A DNA stretch of 61,386 nucleotides, filler included, from Candidatus Coatesbacteria bacterium (GTDB lineage Bacteria; JAFGND01): NCBI GenBank assembly GCA_016927185.1. It is 4 parts of 4 records of this genome, joined end to end, with 100 filler letters (N's around TTAATTAATTAA, not from the genome) between each part and the next. Parts side by side here need not be neighbours in the genome. Positions count along the whole stretch, not along the records: positions 1 to 24,175 come from JAFGND010000084.1; 3 more parts are not named here. The stretch is one strand, 5' to 3'. Both the position numbers and the translations under genes were made by a program. Below, piece after piece: positions 1 through 9,876 of this stretch; the first letter of the stretch is position 1; every line of letters starts with the position of its first letter. The notes beneath the pieces are model-generated. The model made no database searches. It had not been told where the DNA came from and saw only the letters and a list, made by a program, of their open reading frames with translations.

Positions 1-347
1 AAAGCAATCAGATAATAGACACCTTTTTTCTGCTGGGTTTGCTGAATTCAAACTTCCTGAAAGAAAGAATGATTGATATAGAGGCATTGAAGGATATATC
101 TTATGTTCCAGTTCTTGTTCCTGATACATCATGCAGCCACGAGATGAAATTGCATGAATTCATATCAACTCATGCTGAATGGTTACAAAACCTTCATAAA
201 TTCGTAAGAATTGCTCAAATTGATCTTGAAAAGAAAATAATAAGCTGTCTTTTAAATCATTTCGAAAACAGAATTGAAAAACTGATAACAGAATTGTATT
301 ACCTGAACAGGCACTCTGTTAAAGAAGCACCTGTTCAGGATAATTAG
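1..347 (+). CDS. hypothetical protein, 5' partial
   Basis: The frame is open from the window edge to TAA at 347 and converges on hsp20; no recognisable motif. Confidence 0.5.
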   Translation, partial: SNQIIDTFFLLGLLNSNFLKERMIDIEALKDISYVPVLVPDTSCSHEMKLHEFISTHAEWLQNLHKFVRIAQIDLEKKIISCLLNHFENRIEKLITELYYLNRHSVKEAPVQDN

Positions 348-349
348 TT

Positions 350-739
350 TTAATCAATTGATATCTGCCTGGTTTTAGCTTTCTCTGTCTTTGGAAGATT
401 CAAGGTTAAAACCCCGTTCTTGTAATCAGCTTTTATCTTTTCAACATCAATTTCATCGGATAATCTGAAGGATCTTGAGTAACTTCCTTCCCTGTACTCT
501 TGAAGGATCGGTCTGTAACCTTCCAGTGAGCTATTCTTGAGTTTTCCTTCAATCTTCAAGAGTCCGTTTTCAATATTCACGCTTACATCTTCTCTTGCAA
601 CGCCAGGTAAGTTAGCCTTTAATACTATGCCATTATCACCTTCATATATATCAACTGCTGGAGAAAAAGTAAATTCGAATTTTTCCATTTCCTTTACTTC
701 CACTTCCTGCGTATCGTTTTTCTGAAGTTCTTTTCCCAT
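350..739 (-). CDS. Hsp20/alpha-crystallin small heat shock protein
   Basis: PAVDIYE, ANLPGV, YSRSFRL, ADYKNGVLTLNLPK; GGAGG RBS before the ATG at 739. Confidence 0.93.
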   Translation of the reverse strand: MGKELQKNDTQEVEVKEMEKFEFTFSPAVDIYEGDNGIVLKANLPGVAREDVSVNIENGLLKIEGKLKNSSLEGYRPILQEYREGSYSRSFRLSDEIDVEKIKADYKNGVLTLNLPKTEKAKTRQISID

Positions 740-751
740 TTTAATCACCTC

Positions 752-1192
752 CTAATCAATATTAACACTAATAGATTTGGGTTTGGCTTCCTCTGCTTTA
801 GGAATAGTCACTTTCAATATTCCATCAACATAACTTGCCTTGATGTTTGAACCATCTAATGGTACTGGCAAAGTGATCTGTCTTGAAAACTTCCTCTCAC
901 TACCCTTCTCTTCTGTAAAACGCTCATTAATGTAGTAATGCTTGTTCTCTTCTGTTCCTTTTAAATCACCTTGAATTGATATGGTTTTTCCTGTTACCTT
1001 GATATCAATGCTTTTCTGGTCAATTCCAGGGAGCTCTGTAGTGACAATGAATCCATGTTCAGCTTCACCTACATTAAGTAAAGGCATATTAAAATTATCC
1101 TCAGGTGAAGTAAAATTCTCGAACAGCCTTTCAAATCGATTGAAACGCGGAAAACCAAGTTCGAATGGTGACCATGTTCTAAGTAATCTCAT
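752..1192 (-). CDS. Hsp20/alpha-crystallin small heat shock protein
   Basis: ELPGID, FSRQITLP, ASYVDGILKVTIPK; AGGAGG RBS. Confidence 0.93.
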   Translation of the reverse strand: MRLLRTWSPFELGFPRFNRFERLFENFTSPEDNFNMPLLNVGEAEHGFIVTTELPGIDQKSIDIKVTGKTISIQGDLKGTEENKHYYINERFTEEKGSERKFSRQITLPVPLDGSNIKASYVDGILKVTIPKAEEAKPKSISVNID

Positions 1193-1222
1193 TTTTTTCC
1201 TCCTTTCATTTACCTCTTATAA

Positions 1223-1238
1223 AGCAAGCATTGTGCCA
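1223..1238 (-). promoter_or_regulatory. sigma54 (RpoN) -24/-12 promoter of the hsp20 pair
   Basis: The minus strand reads TGGCACAATGCTTGCT (TGGCAC-N5-TTGC, GG-N10-GC), 30 nt upstream of the start codon. Confidence 0.8.
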
Positions 1239-1386
1239 TTATTCATTTCTTACCTTCAACTTATTGAAATATATATAGTTAAATAATCTTGCTTTTTTTA
1301 ATTCCTTAAACAAATGAAACATTTTGACACTTTACTTGACAAATTGTCATTATCTTTAAAAAGAAGCTTTGAAAAAGGAGTAATAA

Positions 1387-2244
1387 TTGATAGCTTTATT
1401 CAAGTTACTGATGATTGTCATTCTGATATTAGGGCTTACTGGATGTGGTTCAACACCATACATAATGAGGATAAACAAGGTTGATGAAGGGAAAGCATTC
1501 TCCCCTTCGATAACTGAAATAGAGAAATGGGCTGCAACAGAAAATCATTTACTGATATATAATCCACTCTATAAAAGATTCTATCTCTTTGAAGATCTGA
1601 AACTGCTTTATGATCCCATACCTATAAATGAGGATAATGTTGGTTGCATATTATACCGGAAAAACCCGGGAGCAATCTATTTCTTCCCGAAGAATAGTAA
1701 TGTTCTATCTGTTTATTCGGTCCTTGGAAGGAAAATCCTGAGCAGGAAGATTGATCTTCTCAAATCAGCAATCAGCATTACTATTTCACCATTCGGATAC
1801 TTATATATTCTTGATGAGGATGGCAGTATTGTAAGAACGGATTATGAAGGGATTACCTTGAGCAAGTTCCGCTCTTACAGCAAGGGAGGACATTTCAAGC
1901 TAATACTTGCCAATCCGGAGCTCCTTATAGTGCTTTGCAATGATGGAAAGATGCTCTTCTATGATTCGATAGGGCACTATTTGAGAACCGATAATCTTGG
2001 CAAGTTCACATCAGTAATTGATATGTGTTTCGATTATTATTATAACGCATTTGTACTTGACAAGACAGGTGTCTGGAAATTAGAGGGAAAAGAATTCCTG
2101 CCTCTGATCAAGGGGGAATTCAAGTCAATAGATCATGCAGGAAAAGATGGTCTCTGGCTGCATAAAGGCAATTCAATGATTTATCATAAAATAGAATACG
2201 AAAAAATCAAGCTCAAGAGACAGGCAGGAGTTGATATTTTTTAA
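1387..2244 (+). CDS. lipoprotein, probable NHL-like beta-propeller
   Basis: Lipobox LTGC; SITISPFGYLYILD and DMCFDYYYNAFVLD blade-like motifs; AGGAG RBS before TTG. Confidence 0.55.
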   Translation: MIALFKLLMIVILILGLTGCGSTPYIMRINKVDEGKAFSPSITEIEKWAATENHLLIYNPLYKRFYLFEDLKLLYDPIPINEDNVGCILYRKNPGAIYFFPKNSNVLSVYSVLGRKILSRKIDLLKSAISITISPFGYLYILDEDGSIVRTDYEGITLSKFRSYSKGGHFKLILANPELLIVLCNDGKMLFYDSIGHYLRTDNLGKFTSVIDMCFDYYYNAFVLDKTGVWKLEGKEFLPLIKGEFKSIDHAGKDGLWLHKGNSMIYHKIEYEKIKLKRQAGVDIF

Positions 2245-2257
2245 ATGAGGTAAAGAT

Positions 2258-3934
2258 ATGAAAATGGTTTTTATAATTACTTCAACGTTATTTATAGTTC
2301 TTCTTTTTTTCAATTGCGCGGAAGACTCTTCAAATCCTGATGATACAGGAACAGGCACTGGAACAGGTACAGGGACAGCCACAGGGACAGGAACAGGGAC
2401 AGCCACAGGGACAGGAACAGGGACCAGCACTGGAACAGGAACAGGAGATACAGATTATATAAAAGTTCTTAATCCTCCTGCTGAAGGTGCTGATGCTGGA
2501 GATTACTTCGACATCAGATGGGAAGCAAGATATAGTGGAGCAAAAGCCTGGATAAGTCTTTATTATGACAATGATACAAATGAAGGGGGAGAAATTCCAA
2601 TAATCAAGAATATGGCAGCCTGGAATAATTCTTCTTATGCATGGGACTGCTCATCAATTCCAGGAGGAAATTATTATATAAAAGCAGTATTAAGCAATGA
2701 TACTACAACACTAGGTAATCACTCAATAATAGTAAAAGTTATAAAATATGCTATCAGGGAGAAGGGAATCAAAAAAACAGCTATCAAGAAAATAAAGGAA
2801 GAAGACACTGCATTTGATTATTCAGATGGTCCAGTAAGGATAAAAAGAAGCAATAATCTGTCATGGAAATTCAAGACTGACGGAGAAGTTTATAACCCAC
2901 AACTAAGCAATTATAAAGTCTATTTTGAAAGTGGAGATAATTATCTATATTCATTAAATGCATATAACGGAAGCCTTCTCTTGAAATACAAGATTACCGA
3001 GGTTTCCAGAATGACAGTTTCAAATGATTTGATTTGCATCAAGCAATCTGGGGCTATAAATATAATTGATAGTAATAATGGTTCCCTTAAATGGACAAAG
3101 GGGACATGGGGACCAGCAATAATAAACAATAATCTAGTTTATACAAGTTCCATTCAGGAAGGAACTGATTCAATTTATCTTCTTGCTCTTTCAGCATCTG
3201 ATGGAAGCATTGTTTGGAAAAATTACTTAGGTAAAAATCATAATGAATATAGAAAATATGAGACACTACCTGGGAGTATAGATTGTAGTGAAAGTTACGT
3301 GATCACAGGGATAACATTAAAGAATACTGAAAATCCGACTAGACCCGTTTGGTATCATTGGAGTTTGTATGGCTCAGCAAAAAATAATGGATCTCGTGCT
3401 TTTGTATTATCAGATACAGAAGAATATACAAACTACTGGAGTTTATCTTGTATTGACTATTGTTGCTGCATCTTGTCTAATAAGCTGAAAATCTATAATT
3501 TAGACAGTCAGGATTTGATATTAGAAGGGAATTGGAATGAAGCAATTATCTCAAACGACTACATATATATAACAGATAGAAGAGGTTATTTATATTCTCT
3601 TTATAGACACAGTGGAGATATTCAATGGAAAACATATATTGGCAACATTAGTAAAGAGAAACCTTGCATAAAAGATAACTCAGTTTACATAGGAAATCTT
3701 TCAGTCAGTTTCTATTCAATAGATAAGAATACTGGCAATAACAAATGGACTTATCATGTCGGCAGTCCAGTTACTACATCCCCAGCATCTGATTATGGAT
3801 TTGTCTATTTCGGAAGTTCTGATACTTATCTTTATGCATTGAATACTGCAGGATTGAACAAGAAATATCCAGTTTTTGATCGGAAAACAACTTTCAGAAA
3901 AAAACAAAGAACTGGAATGTTTTCAAGAAAATAA
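2258..3934 (+). CDS. lipoprotein with Gly-Thr linker, Ig-like domain and PQQ-like (BamB-type) beta-propeller
   Basis: Signal peptide ending FFNC; (TG)n tract; WKFKT...LYSLNAYNG and SSP...VYFGSSDTYLYALN blades. Confidence 0.75.
   Translation: MKMVFIITSTLFIVLLFFNCAEDSSNPDDTGTGTGTGTGTATGTGTGTATGTGTGTSTGTGTGDTDYIKVLNPPAEGADAGDYFDIRWEARYSGAKAWISLYYDNDTNEGGEIPIIKNMAAWNNSSYAWDCSSIPGGNYYIKAVLSNDTTTLGNHSIIVKVIKYAIREKGIKKTAIKKIKEEDTAFDYSDGPVRIKRSNNLSWKFKTDGEVYNPQLSNYKVYFESGDNYLYSLNAYNGSLLLKYKITEVSRMTVSNDLICIKQSGAINIIDSNNGSLKWTKGTWGPAIINNNLVYTSSIQEGTDSIYLLALSASDGSIVWKNYLGKNHNEYRKYETLPGSIDCSESYVITGITLKNTENPTRPVWYHWSLYGSAKNNGSRAFVLSDTEEYTNYWSLSCIDYCCCILSNKLKIYNLDSQDLILEGNWNEAIISNDYIYITDRRGYLYSLYRHSGDIQWKTYIGNISKEKPCIKDNSVYIGNLSVSFYSIDKNTGNNKWTYHVGSPVTTSPASDYGFVYFGSSDTYLYALNTAGLNKKYPVFDRKTTFRKKQRTGMFSRK
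2345..2446 (+). repeat. degenerate 6-bp tandem repeat (ACAGGA/ACAGGG) encoding a Thr-Gly linker
   Basis: About 17 hexamer units read directly. Confidence 0.85.
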
Positions 3935-3987
3935 TGGATTTACTATATTTATAGCATGAAATTACAATTGCTGAAAGGGGAAATAAC

Positions 3988-4521
3988 ATGAGATTTCTTG
4001 TTACAGTATTAATGACTGTTGTATTATCACTTGGTTGCAGCAGCAAGAAAACAGCAGTACAGAAGACTGATTCTTCAGGAGAAAATGAGGTAAAAGCTGA
4101 TGATTTCACTCTTTCATGGAAAATTGATGGTGAAAAAATAAATATAAAAGTAAGTGCTCCAACAACTAGCTGGATTGCAGTTGGATTTGAACCATCTTCA
4201 ATGATGAAAGATGCAAACATAATAATAGGGTATGTCAAGGACGGGAAAGCTTATATAGAGGATCACTATGGAACAGGGAATGTGAAGCATGAAGCAGATA
4301 TAAACATTGGTGGCAAGGAAAATGTGGAGAATGCATCAGGCAAGGAGGAAAATGGAAAAACCGAATTGAGTTTCACAATTCCACTTGATTCAGGAGATGC
4401 AAAAGATAAAGTACTGACAAAAGGAAAGCAAATAAAAGTTATACTCGCTTGCGGAAAGGATGGTGCAAAGGATTTCAATTCAATGCACAAGAAAAGAACA
4501 TCTGTAAATATTTCGTTGTAG
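3988..4521 (+). CDS. DOMON domain lipoprotein
   Basis: Lipobox SLGC; WIAVGF..MMKDANIIIGYV, IEDHY and a C-terminal His (MHK), consistent with a Met/His heme-type DOMON. Confidence 0.85.
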   Translation: MRFLVTVLMTVVLSLGCSSKKTAVQKTDSSGENEVKADDFTLSWKIDGEKINIKVSAPTTSWIAVGFEPSSMMKDANIIIGYVKDGKAYIEDHYGTGNVKHEADINIGGKENVENASGKEENGKTELSFTIPLDSGDAKDKVLTKGKQIKVILACGKDGAKDFNSMHKKRTSVNISL

Positions 4522-4548
4522 GCAATTGCTTAATCTTGCAATGATTTA

Positions 4549-4576
4549 TTGACAAAAAAAGCAACTTTTATATTAT
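4549..4576 (+). promoter_or_regulatory. sigma70-type promoter of the rplI cluster
   Basis: TTGACA-16 nt-TATTAT. Confidence 0.55.
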
Positions 4577-4612
4577 CACTATTATCACAATAGATAGAGA
4601 AGGAGTGAACAA

Positions 4613-5059
4613 ATGCAGGTAATTCTAATAAAAGATATCAGCAAACTCGGTAGAAGAGGAGAGCAGATAAAAGTTAAAGATGGATATGCAAGGAATTTCC
4701 TTATTCCCAAAGGTTATGCTCTCGAAGCTTCTGAAGGCAATATGGCTAATTACAAGGAAATGGAGAAACAGCTTGCAGCAAAGGATAAGAAATTACTGGC
4801 TCAGGCAGAAGCTCTTGCAAAAACCTTGTCAAATGTCAGCCTTGAAATCAAAATGGAAGCAGATGAAAAAGATCACTTATACGGAAGTGTTACTCCCCAC
4901 TTGATTCATGAAAAAATAGTTGCAAAAGGTATAACCGGTATTACTGCTTCCATGATAAAACTGACAGAAAGCATAAGGAAAATCGGTACTTACAAAATCC
5001 CCATAGAATTGCGTAAAGATGTTGTAGCACAGATCAAGGTATGGGTGGTTAAGAATTAA
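4613..5059 (+). CDS. rplI: 50S ribosomal protein L9
   Basis: MQVILIKDI.KLG, VKDGYARNFLIP, LYGSVT. Confidence 0.97.
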   Translation: MQVILIKDISKLGRRGEQIKVKDGYARNFLIPKGYALEASEGNMANYKEMEKQLAAKDKKLLAQAEALAKTLSNVSLEIKMEADEKDHLYGSVTPHLIHEKIVAKGITGITASMIKLTESIRKIGTYKIPIELRKDVVAQIKVWVVKN

Positions 5060-5081
5060 AACTTAGATTTAGGGGGCTAAT

Positions 5082-6242
5082 ATGGCACTTAATTTCCGTG
5101 AAGTTCTGTTTGATATGATGGAGAAGCGTGCTTCTGACCTTCATATAAAGGTCGGTTCACCCCCACTGTATCGCATTGATGGTCAGCTGATACCATCAAA
5201 ATTCCCGATGATGAGCAAGAAAATAATTGATACTATTGTTGATAGCTTGTGTGTCGGGGAATTCAAGGATGTCCTGCTTGCAAATAATGAAGTAGACCTT
5301 GCTTACAGAGTCAGCGGTATGGCAAGATTCCGCGTAAATGTTTTCAAGCAGCGCGGAACATTTTCGATTGTCATGCGTTTGATACCAATGAAAATACCGA
5401 CAATGGAAGAACTGAGACTTCCCGAGATACTCAAATCAATTTCCATGGAACCAAGAGGATTGATACTTGTAACTGGTGTAACTGGTTCAGGAAAATCAAC
5501 AACTTTAGCAGCAATGATTGAACATATAAATTCCTTGAGGAAATGCCATATAATAACAATCGAGGATCCTATAGAATTTGTCCACCGAGACAAACTTGCA
5601 AGCATATCCCAGCGTGAAGTTACTCTTGATACAGCAAGTTTCTCAACTGGTCTCCGCTCAATCTTGCGTCAGGATCCAGACGTGATTCTGATAGGTGAAT
5701 GTCGTGACCTGGAAACTATGCATACAGCATTAGCTTCTGCAGAAACAGGTCATCTTGTTTTCTCTACTCTTCACACAACTGACGCAACTGAAACAATTAC
5801 AAGAATCATAGATATGTATCCTCCATATCAGCAGAAACAGGTAAGAATACTCCTGGCAAGTCATCTAAAAGCAATAATTTCCCAGCGTCTTCTTCCAAGA
5901 GCAGATGGTTATGGAATGGTAGTGGCAATTGAAATAATGAGAAGAACTTCTACTATTGCTGAATATATTGTAAAATCAGAAGAAACTCACAAGATTCTGG
6001 ATATGATTGAGGAAGGATCAGAGCATTATGGCATGCAGAGTTTTGATCAATCACTGATGGATCTTTACAAGGGTGGATTGGTTTCATTAGACACTGCACT
6101 TGTAGCTGCTACTAATCCTTCTGAATTCAAACTGAAACTCAAGGGTATTGGCGCAAAGACATATGATGACAAGCTGTTCACGAGCGAGGATGCATTCCAG
6201 AAAGGATCTTCTTCATCTTTTGACCGAGGATTTGAGTTTTAA
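5082..6242 (+). CDS. pilT: type IV pilus retraction ATPase, PilT/PilU family
   Basis: ASDLH, GVTGSGKSTT, TIEDPIEF, LRQDPDVILIGE, ETGHLVFSTLHT, GMQSFDQSL; the AIRNLIRE motif is replaced, so it may be a PilU-like paralog. Confidence 0.9.
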   Translation: MALNFREVLFDMMEKRASDLHIKVGSPPLYRIDGQLIPSKFPMMSKKIIDTIVDSLCVGEFKDVLLANNEVDLAYRVSGMARFRVNVFKQRGTFSIVMRLIPMKIPTMEELRLPEILKSISMEPRGLILVTGVTGSGKSTTLAAMIEHINSLRKCHIITIEDPIEFVHRDKLASISQREVTLDTASFSTGLRSILRQDPDVILIGECRDLETMHTALASAETGHLVFSTLHTTDATETITRIIDMYPPYQQKQVRILLASHLKAIISQRLLPRADGYGMVVAIEIMRRTSTIAEYIVKSEETHKILDMIEEGSEHYGMQSFDQSLMDLYKGGLVSLDTALVAATNPSEFKLKLKGIGAKTYDDKLFTSEDAFQKGSSSSFDRGFEF

Positions 6243-6253
6243 TTAAATGACCG

Positions 6254-7375
6254 ATGAAACGAAGAACTTTTCTTTTTTCATCATGTGCTGCCTGTACAGC
6301 TTTCTGCATGGGAATAATAAATCCAGAAAGACTGTCAGCAGATAGCACGGAAGAAGGTTACGCTCCCGGACATCCTGCCACTTTTTTTGACTACTTGCCT
6401 GATGGAAAAGTCCAATGCAGATTATGCCCAAGGAGCTGTGTTTTAGGAAAAAACCAGTCTGGAATATGCAGGGTAAGATATAATATAGATGGTGAGCTAG
6501 TAACCTATGCTTATAATAATCCATGTGCTGTAAACATAGATCCAGTAGAGAAAAAACCACTTTTTCATGTCCTGCCTGGCTCGAAATCCTTTTCCATATC
6601 AACTGCAGGATGCAATTTCAGATGCAAATACTGTCAGAACTGGCAATTGTCACAAACTTCTCCTTTCAAAACCTCTAATTATAAGCTGACTGCAAGTGAT
6701 ATAGTTAAGGCTGCGAAAAGAAACAAGTGTGAAACTATAGCTTATACATACGGAGAACCAGTAATTTTCTATGAATATATGCTTGAGATTGCCTCTCTGG
6801 CAAAAGATGAGGGAATAAAAAACGTGATGCACAGTAATGGATTTATTCAGCAGAAACCTCTTCGATTCCTTAGCAGATACCTTTCAGCAGTTAACATAGA
6901 CCTGAAAGGAATGAATGATTCATTTCATGCAAGGATGACTTCAGGAAAAGCAAAACCCGTTCTTGATTCTCTTCTTCTCTTGAAGGAAGAAGGAGTGCAT
7001 ATAGAAATAACAAGATTGCTTATACCAGATGAAAATGATTCAACCAATGAGCTAAATGCTACATTTGGATGGATTTATACTAATCTTGGAAAAACAACTC
7101 CCCTTCACATTTCCAGATTTTTTCCAATGTATCAGTTGACAAGAAAATCACCAACTCCCATTTCAACCTTGAAGAAAGCAAGAGATCTTGCTTTGAATTC
7201 AGGCTTGAAATATGTTTATGTAGGTAATTATAAACAGGACGACTGGGAGAATACTTACTGCCATAATTGTGGTAAATTATTGATTAAAAGAAATATGTAT
7301 GTTATAGAGGCAAACAAGATGCAAGATGGTAATTGTCCTTATTGCAATACAAGTATTCCAGGTGTCTGGTCATGA
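6254..7375 (+). CDS. amrS: AmmeMemoRadiSam system radical SAM enzyme
   Basis: [49 protein letters not shown] and CPYC. Confidence 0.9.
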   Translation: MKRRTFLFSSCAACTAFCMGIINPERLSADSTEEGYAPGHPATFFDYLPDGKVQCRLCPRSCVLGKNQSGICRVRYNIDGELVTYAYNNPCAVNIDPVEKKPLFHVLPGSKSFSISTAGCNFRCKYCQNWQLSQTSPFKTSNYKLTASDIVKAAKRNKCETIAYTYGEPVIFYEYMLEIASLAKDEGIKNVMHSNGFIQQKPLRFLSRYLSAVNIDLKGMNDSFHARMTSGKAKPVLDSLLLLKEEGVHIEITRLLIPDENDSTNELNATFGWIYTNLGKTTPLHISRFFPMYQLTRKSPTPISTLKKARDLALNSGLKYVYVGNYKQDDWENTYCHNCGKLLIKRNMYVIEANKMQDGNCPYCNTSIPGVWS

Positions 7376-7385
7376 AAGGATTTAT

Positions 7386-8450
7386 ATGAACAAGAAAATA
7401 AGTGAACAGGTTACAAGTGATAAAAAGAAAGCTCTTCAGGTAGTATTCAGTCAGATAGAGGACAAGTTCGGTAAGGGCAGCATAATGAGGCTTGGTTCAC
7501 GACCAAAACTTGATGTGAATGTTATTCAAACTGGATCCCTGGGGCTTGATATAGCTCTAGGGGTTGGAGGATATCCAAAAGGTCGCATAATAGAGATTTT
7601 TGGTCCTGAATCCTCAGGGAAAACAACCCTTGCTCTTCATGCAGTAGCCAATGCACAGAAAGCAGGAGGAGTAGCCGCTTTCGTTGATGCAGAACATGCT
7701 CTTGATGCAATTTATGCACAGCAACTTGGTGTGGACATTGATAATCTCCTTGTTTCCCAGCCAGATAATGGTGAAGATGCCCTTGAAATAACTGAATATC
7801 TTGTAAGAAGCAATGCTGTTGATATCATCATTGTTGATAGCGTGGCAGCACTTGTACCCAAAGCTGAGATACAGGGACTTATGGGAGACTCCCATGTAGG
7901 ATTGCAGGCAAGACTGATGAGTCAAGCCTTGAGAAAATTAACAGGAGCAATAGGTAAAAGCAATACATGTGTCATTTTTATAAATCAGATTAGACTCAAG
8001 ATAGGAGTAACTTATGGAAATCCTGAAACAACTACTGGAGGAAATGCACTGAAATTCTATGCCTCAGTCAGGCTGGAAATCAGGAGAGGGGAAGTTCTCA
8101 AGGAGGGAGATGTTTCTGTTGCTGCAAGAACAAAAGTCAAAGTTGTAAAAAATAAGGTAGCTCCTCCTTTCAAGATAGCCGAATTTGATGTAGTTTTCGG
8201 AAAAGGAATATCGAAACTGGGTGAACTTGTAGATATAGGTGTAAATACCAAAGTGCTTCAAAGACAGGGATCATGGTATTCATTTGGGGAACAAAGGCTT
8301 GGACAGGGAAGAGAAAGAGCTATCCTGGCACTCAAGGAAAGTCCTGAACTTTACAAAAAGGTAGAAGATTCGGTACTTGCTAAGGCTGAACTTTTAAGTA
8401 TATCTTCTCTTGATAAGCCAAATGATGAGAGTGGAGAAGAAGTAAAGTAA
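7386..8450 (+). CDS. recA: recombinase RecA
   Basis: [43 protein letters not shown] at 7386 is the likely start. Confidence 0.99.
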   Translation: MNKKISEQVTSDKKKALQVVFSQIEDKFGKGSIMRLGSRPKLDVNVIQTGSLGLDIALGVGGYPKGRIIEIFGPESSGKTTLALHAVANAQKAGGVAAFVDAEHALDAIYAQQLGVDIDNLLVSQPDNGEDALEITEYLVRSNAVDIIIVDSVAALVPKAEIQGLMGDSHVGLQARLMSQALRKLTGAIGKSNTCVIFINQIRLKIGVTYGNPETTTGGNALKFYASVRLEIRRGEVLKEGDVSVAARTKVKVVKNKVAPPFKIAEFDVVFGKGISKLGELVDIGVNTKVLQRQGSWYSFGEQRLGQGRERAILALKESPELYKKVEDSVLAKAELLSISSLDKPNDESGEEVK

Positions 8451-8452
8451 TA

Positions 8453-9040
8453 ATGGTGATACTTGATACATCACAAAATCAGCTTAATGCCAAGATAATA
8501 TATTATGGACCTGGGTTGTCTGGTAAAACCACTTGTATTCAGCATATAGGTAAGGTTTTCAGCAAATCAGCCCAGTCTTCGCTTGTGAGTTTTGCAAACA
8601 TATCAGGCAGAACCCTTTATTTTGATTTCCTTTCTCTTGATGCTGGTTATATCAAGGGATATCCAATAAGATTTCTTATTTATAGTGTTCCAGGTCAGGT
8701 TTTTTATGAAGCAACAAGAAAACTCATAATCAGCAAGGTTGATGGAGCAGTTTTTGTGGCAGATGCCCAGAAAGATAGACTTGAGGCAAATTTACTTGCT
8801 ATGCAAAGCCTGAAACATAATCTGCTTACCCAGAAGCTTGAAATCACTAATATTCCCTTTGCCATTCAATATAATAAAAGCGATTTACCTTTCCTATCTG
8901 ACATGAATGAAATGGAGGATATGATTAATCCAATGAAATCTCCCTCTTTTCTCAGCTGTGCATTAACTGGACAGGGAGTACTGGAAGCTCTCAAGATTGT
9001 ATGTCTTGGTATTCTTGACAGGATGGATACGTATTTATAG
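8453..9040 (+). CDS. mglA: MglA-family small GTPase
   Basis: KIIYYGPGLSGKTT, RTLYFDF, VPGQVFY, DGAVFVADAQ, QYNKSDL. Confidence 0.85.
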   Translation: MVILDTSQNQLNAKIIYYGPGLSGKTTCIQHIGKVFSKSAQSSLVSFANISGRTLYFDFLSLDAGYIKGYPIRFLIYSVPGQVFYEATRKLIISKVDGAVFVADAQKDRLEANLLAMQSLKHNLLTQKLEITNIPFAIQYNKSDLPFLSDMNEMEDMINPMKSPSFLSCALTGQGVLEALKIVCLGILDRMDTYL

Positions 9041-9044
9041 GTAG

Positions 9045-9869
9045 TTATTCAGAATTAATGAAGGAAAGTATTTCCTTTAGCATTATTCCCTCTCCTGCCT
9101 TTCTTACCATCATCATATGATTATATTCCTTCATTTCAACAATCCTGCAGCTAACTTTCTTTTCCTTGAGTTTGTTATATAATTCGATATTGTACTCCTT
9201 TGGAACCAGTCCATCATTTTCACCATACAGAATAAGAAACTTTGGAGAATCTTCAGATACAAAATTTATAGGAGATGCATCTTTCCATTTACTTATGTCA
9301 TTACCAAACGCATCCTTGAACCACTTCCTTGCAATGATTCCCCTGTTGTTTTCAATCTTCATTGGACCGCTAATTGGTATAGCTCCCTTGATATCGGATT
9401 GCCTGAGGTTATATTTGGCAAGATACCTGGCATCAAGGGCAAGCAATGCACATAAATGAGCGCCTGCACTATGTCCTGAAATGTAAATCTTCTCAGGATC
9501 TCCACCATACCTGCTTATATTCTGCTTTACCCAGTTGAAAGCTGATGCTACATCTTCAATATGAGAAGGATGCTTCACCTTTGGAGATAACCTGTAATTA
9601 ATTTCAACTACAACTATTCCTTTTCTTGAATAAATTCTGCCGATGTCCTTGTGTGCCTTGTTGTCTTTAGAACCAAGTCGCCAGGCTCCCCCATGTATGA
9701 AAATAAGTACCGGAGCGTTTTTTACATTCAATTTCTTATATATATCAAGCTTGTGAAGCTCATTTTTGGAATCCTTGATATATAAAATATCAGCATACTT
9801 CTCTATTTTCTCTTCTTTTTTACCTGCTATGAGAACAAGCAGTAGAATAAACGCTAAAATGCTTCTCAT
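9045..9869 (-). CDS. secreted alpha/beta hydrolase (HSL-like esterase)
   Basis: HGGAW oxyanion motif, GHSAG nucleophile, D(GLVP) and a C-terminal His; hydrophobic N-terminus. Confidence 0.9.
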   Translation of the reverse strand: MRSILAFILLLVLIAGKKEEKIEKYADILYIKDSKNELHKLDIYKKLNVKNAPVLIFIHGGAWRLGSKDNKAHKDIGRIYSRKGIVVVEINYRLSPKVKHPSHIEDVASAFNWVKQNISRYGGDPEKIYISGHSAGAHLCALLALDARYLAKYNLRQSDIKGAIPISGPMKIENNRGIIARKWFKDAFGNDISKWKDASPINFVSEDSPKFLILYGENDGLVPKEYNIELYNKLKEKKVSCRIVEMKEYNHMMMVRKAGEGIMLKEILSFINSE

Positions 9870-9876
9870 TTCTATC

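Noticed and set aside
2173-2430. VPVPVP ORF
   Set aside because: It is the antisense shadow of the Thr-Gly repeat
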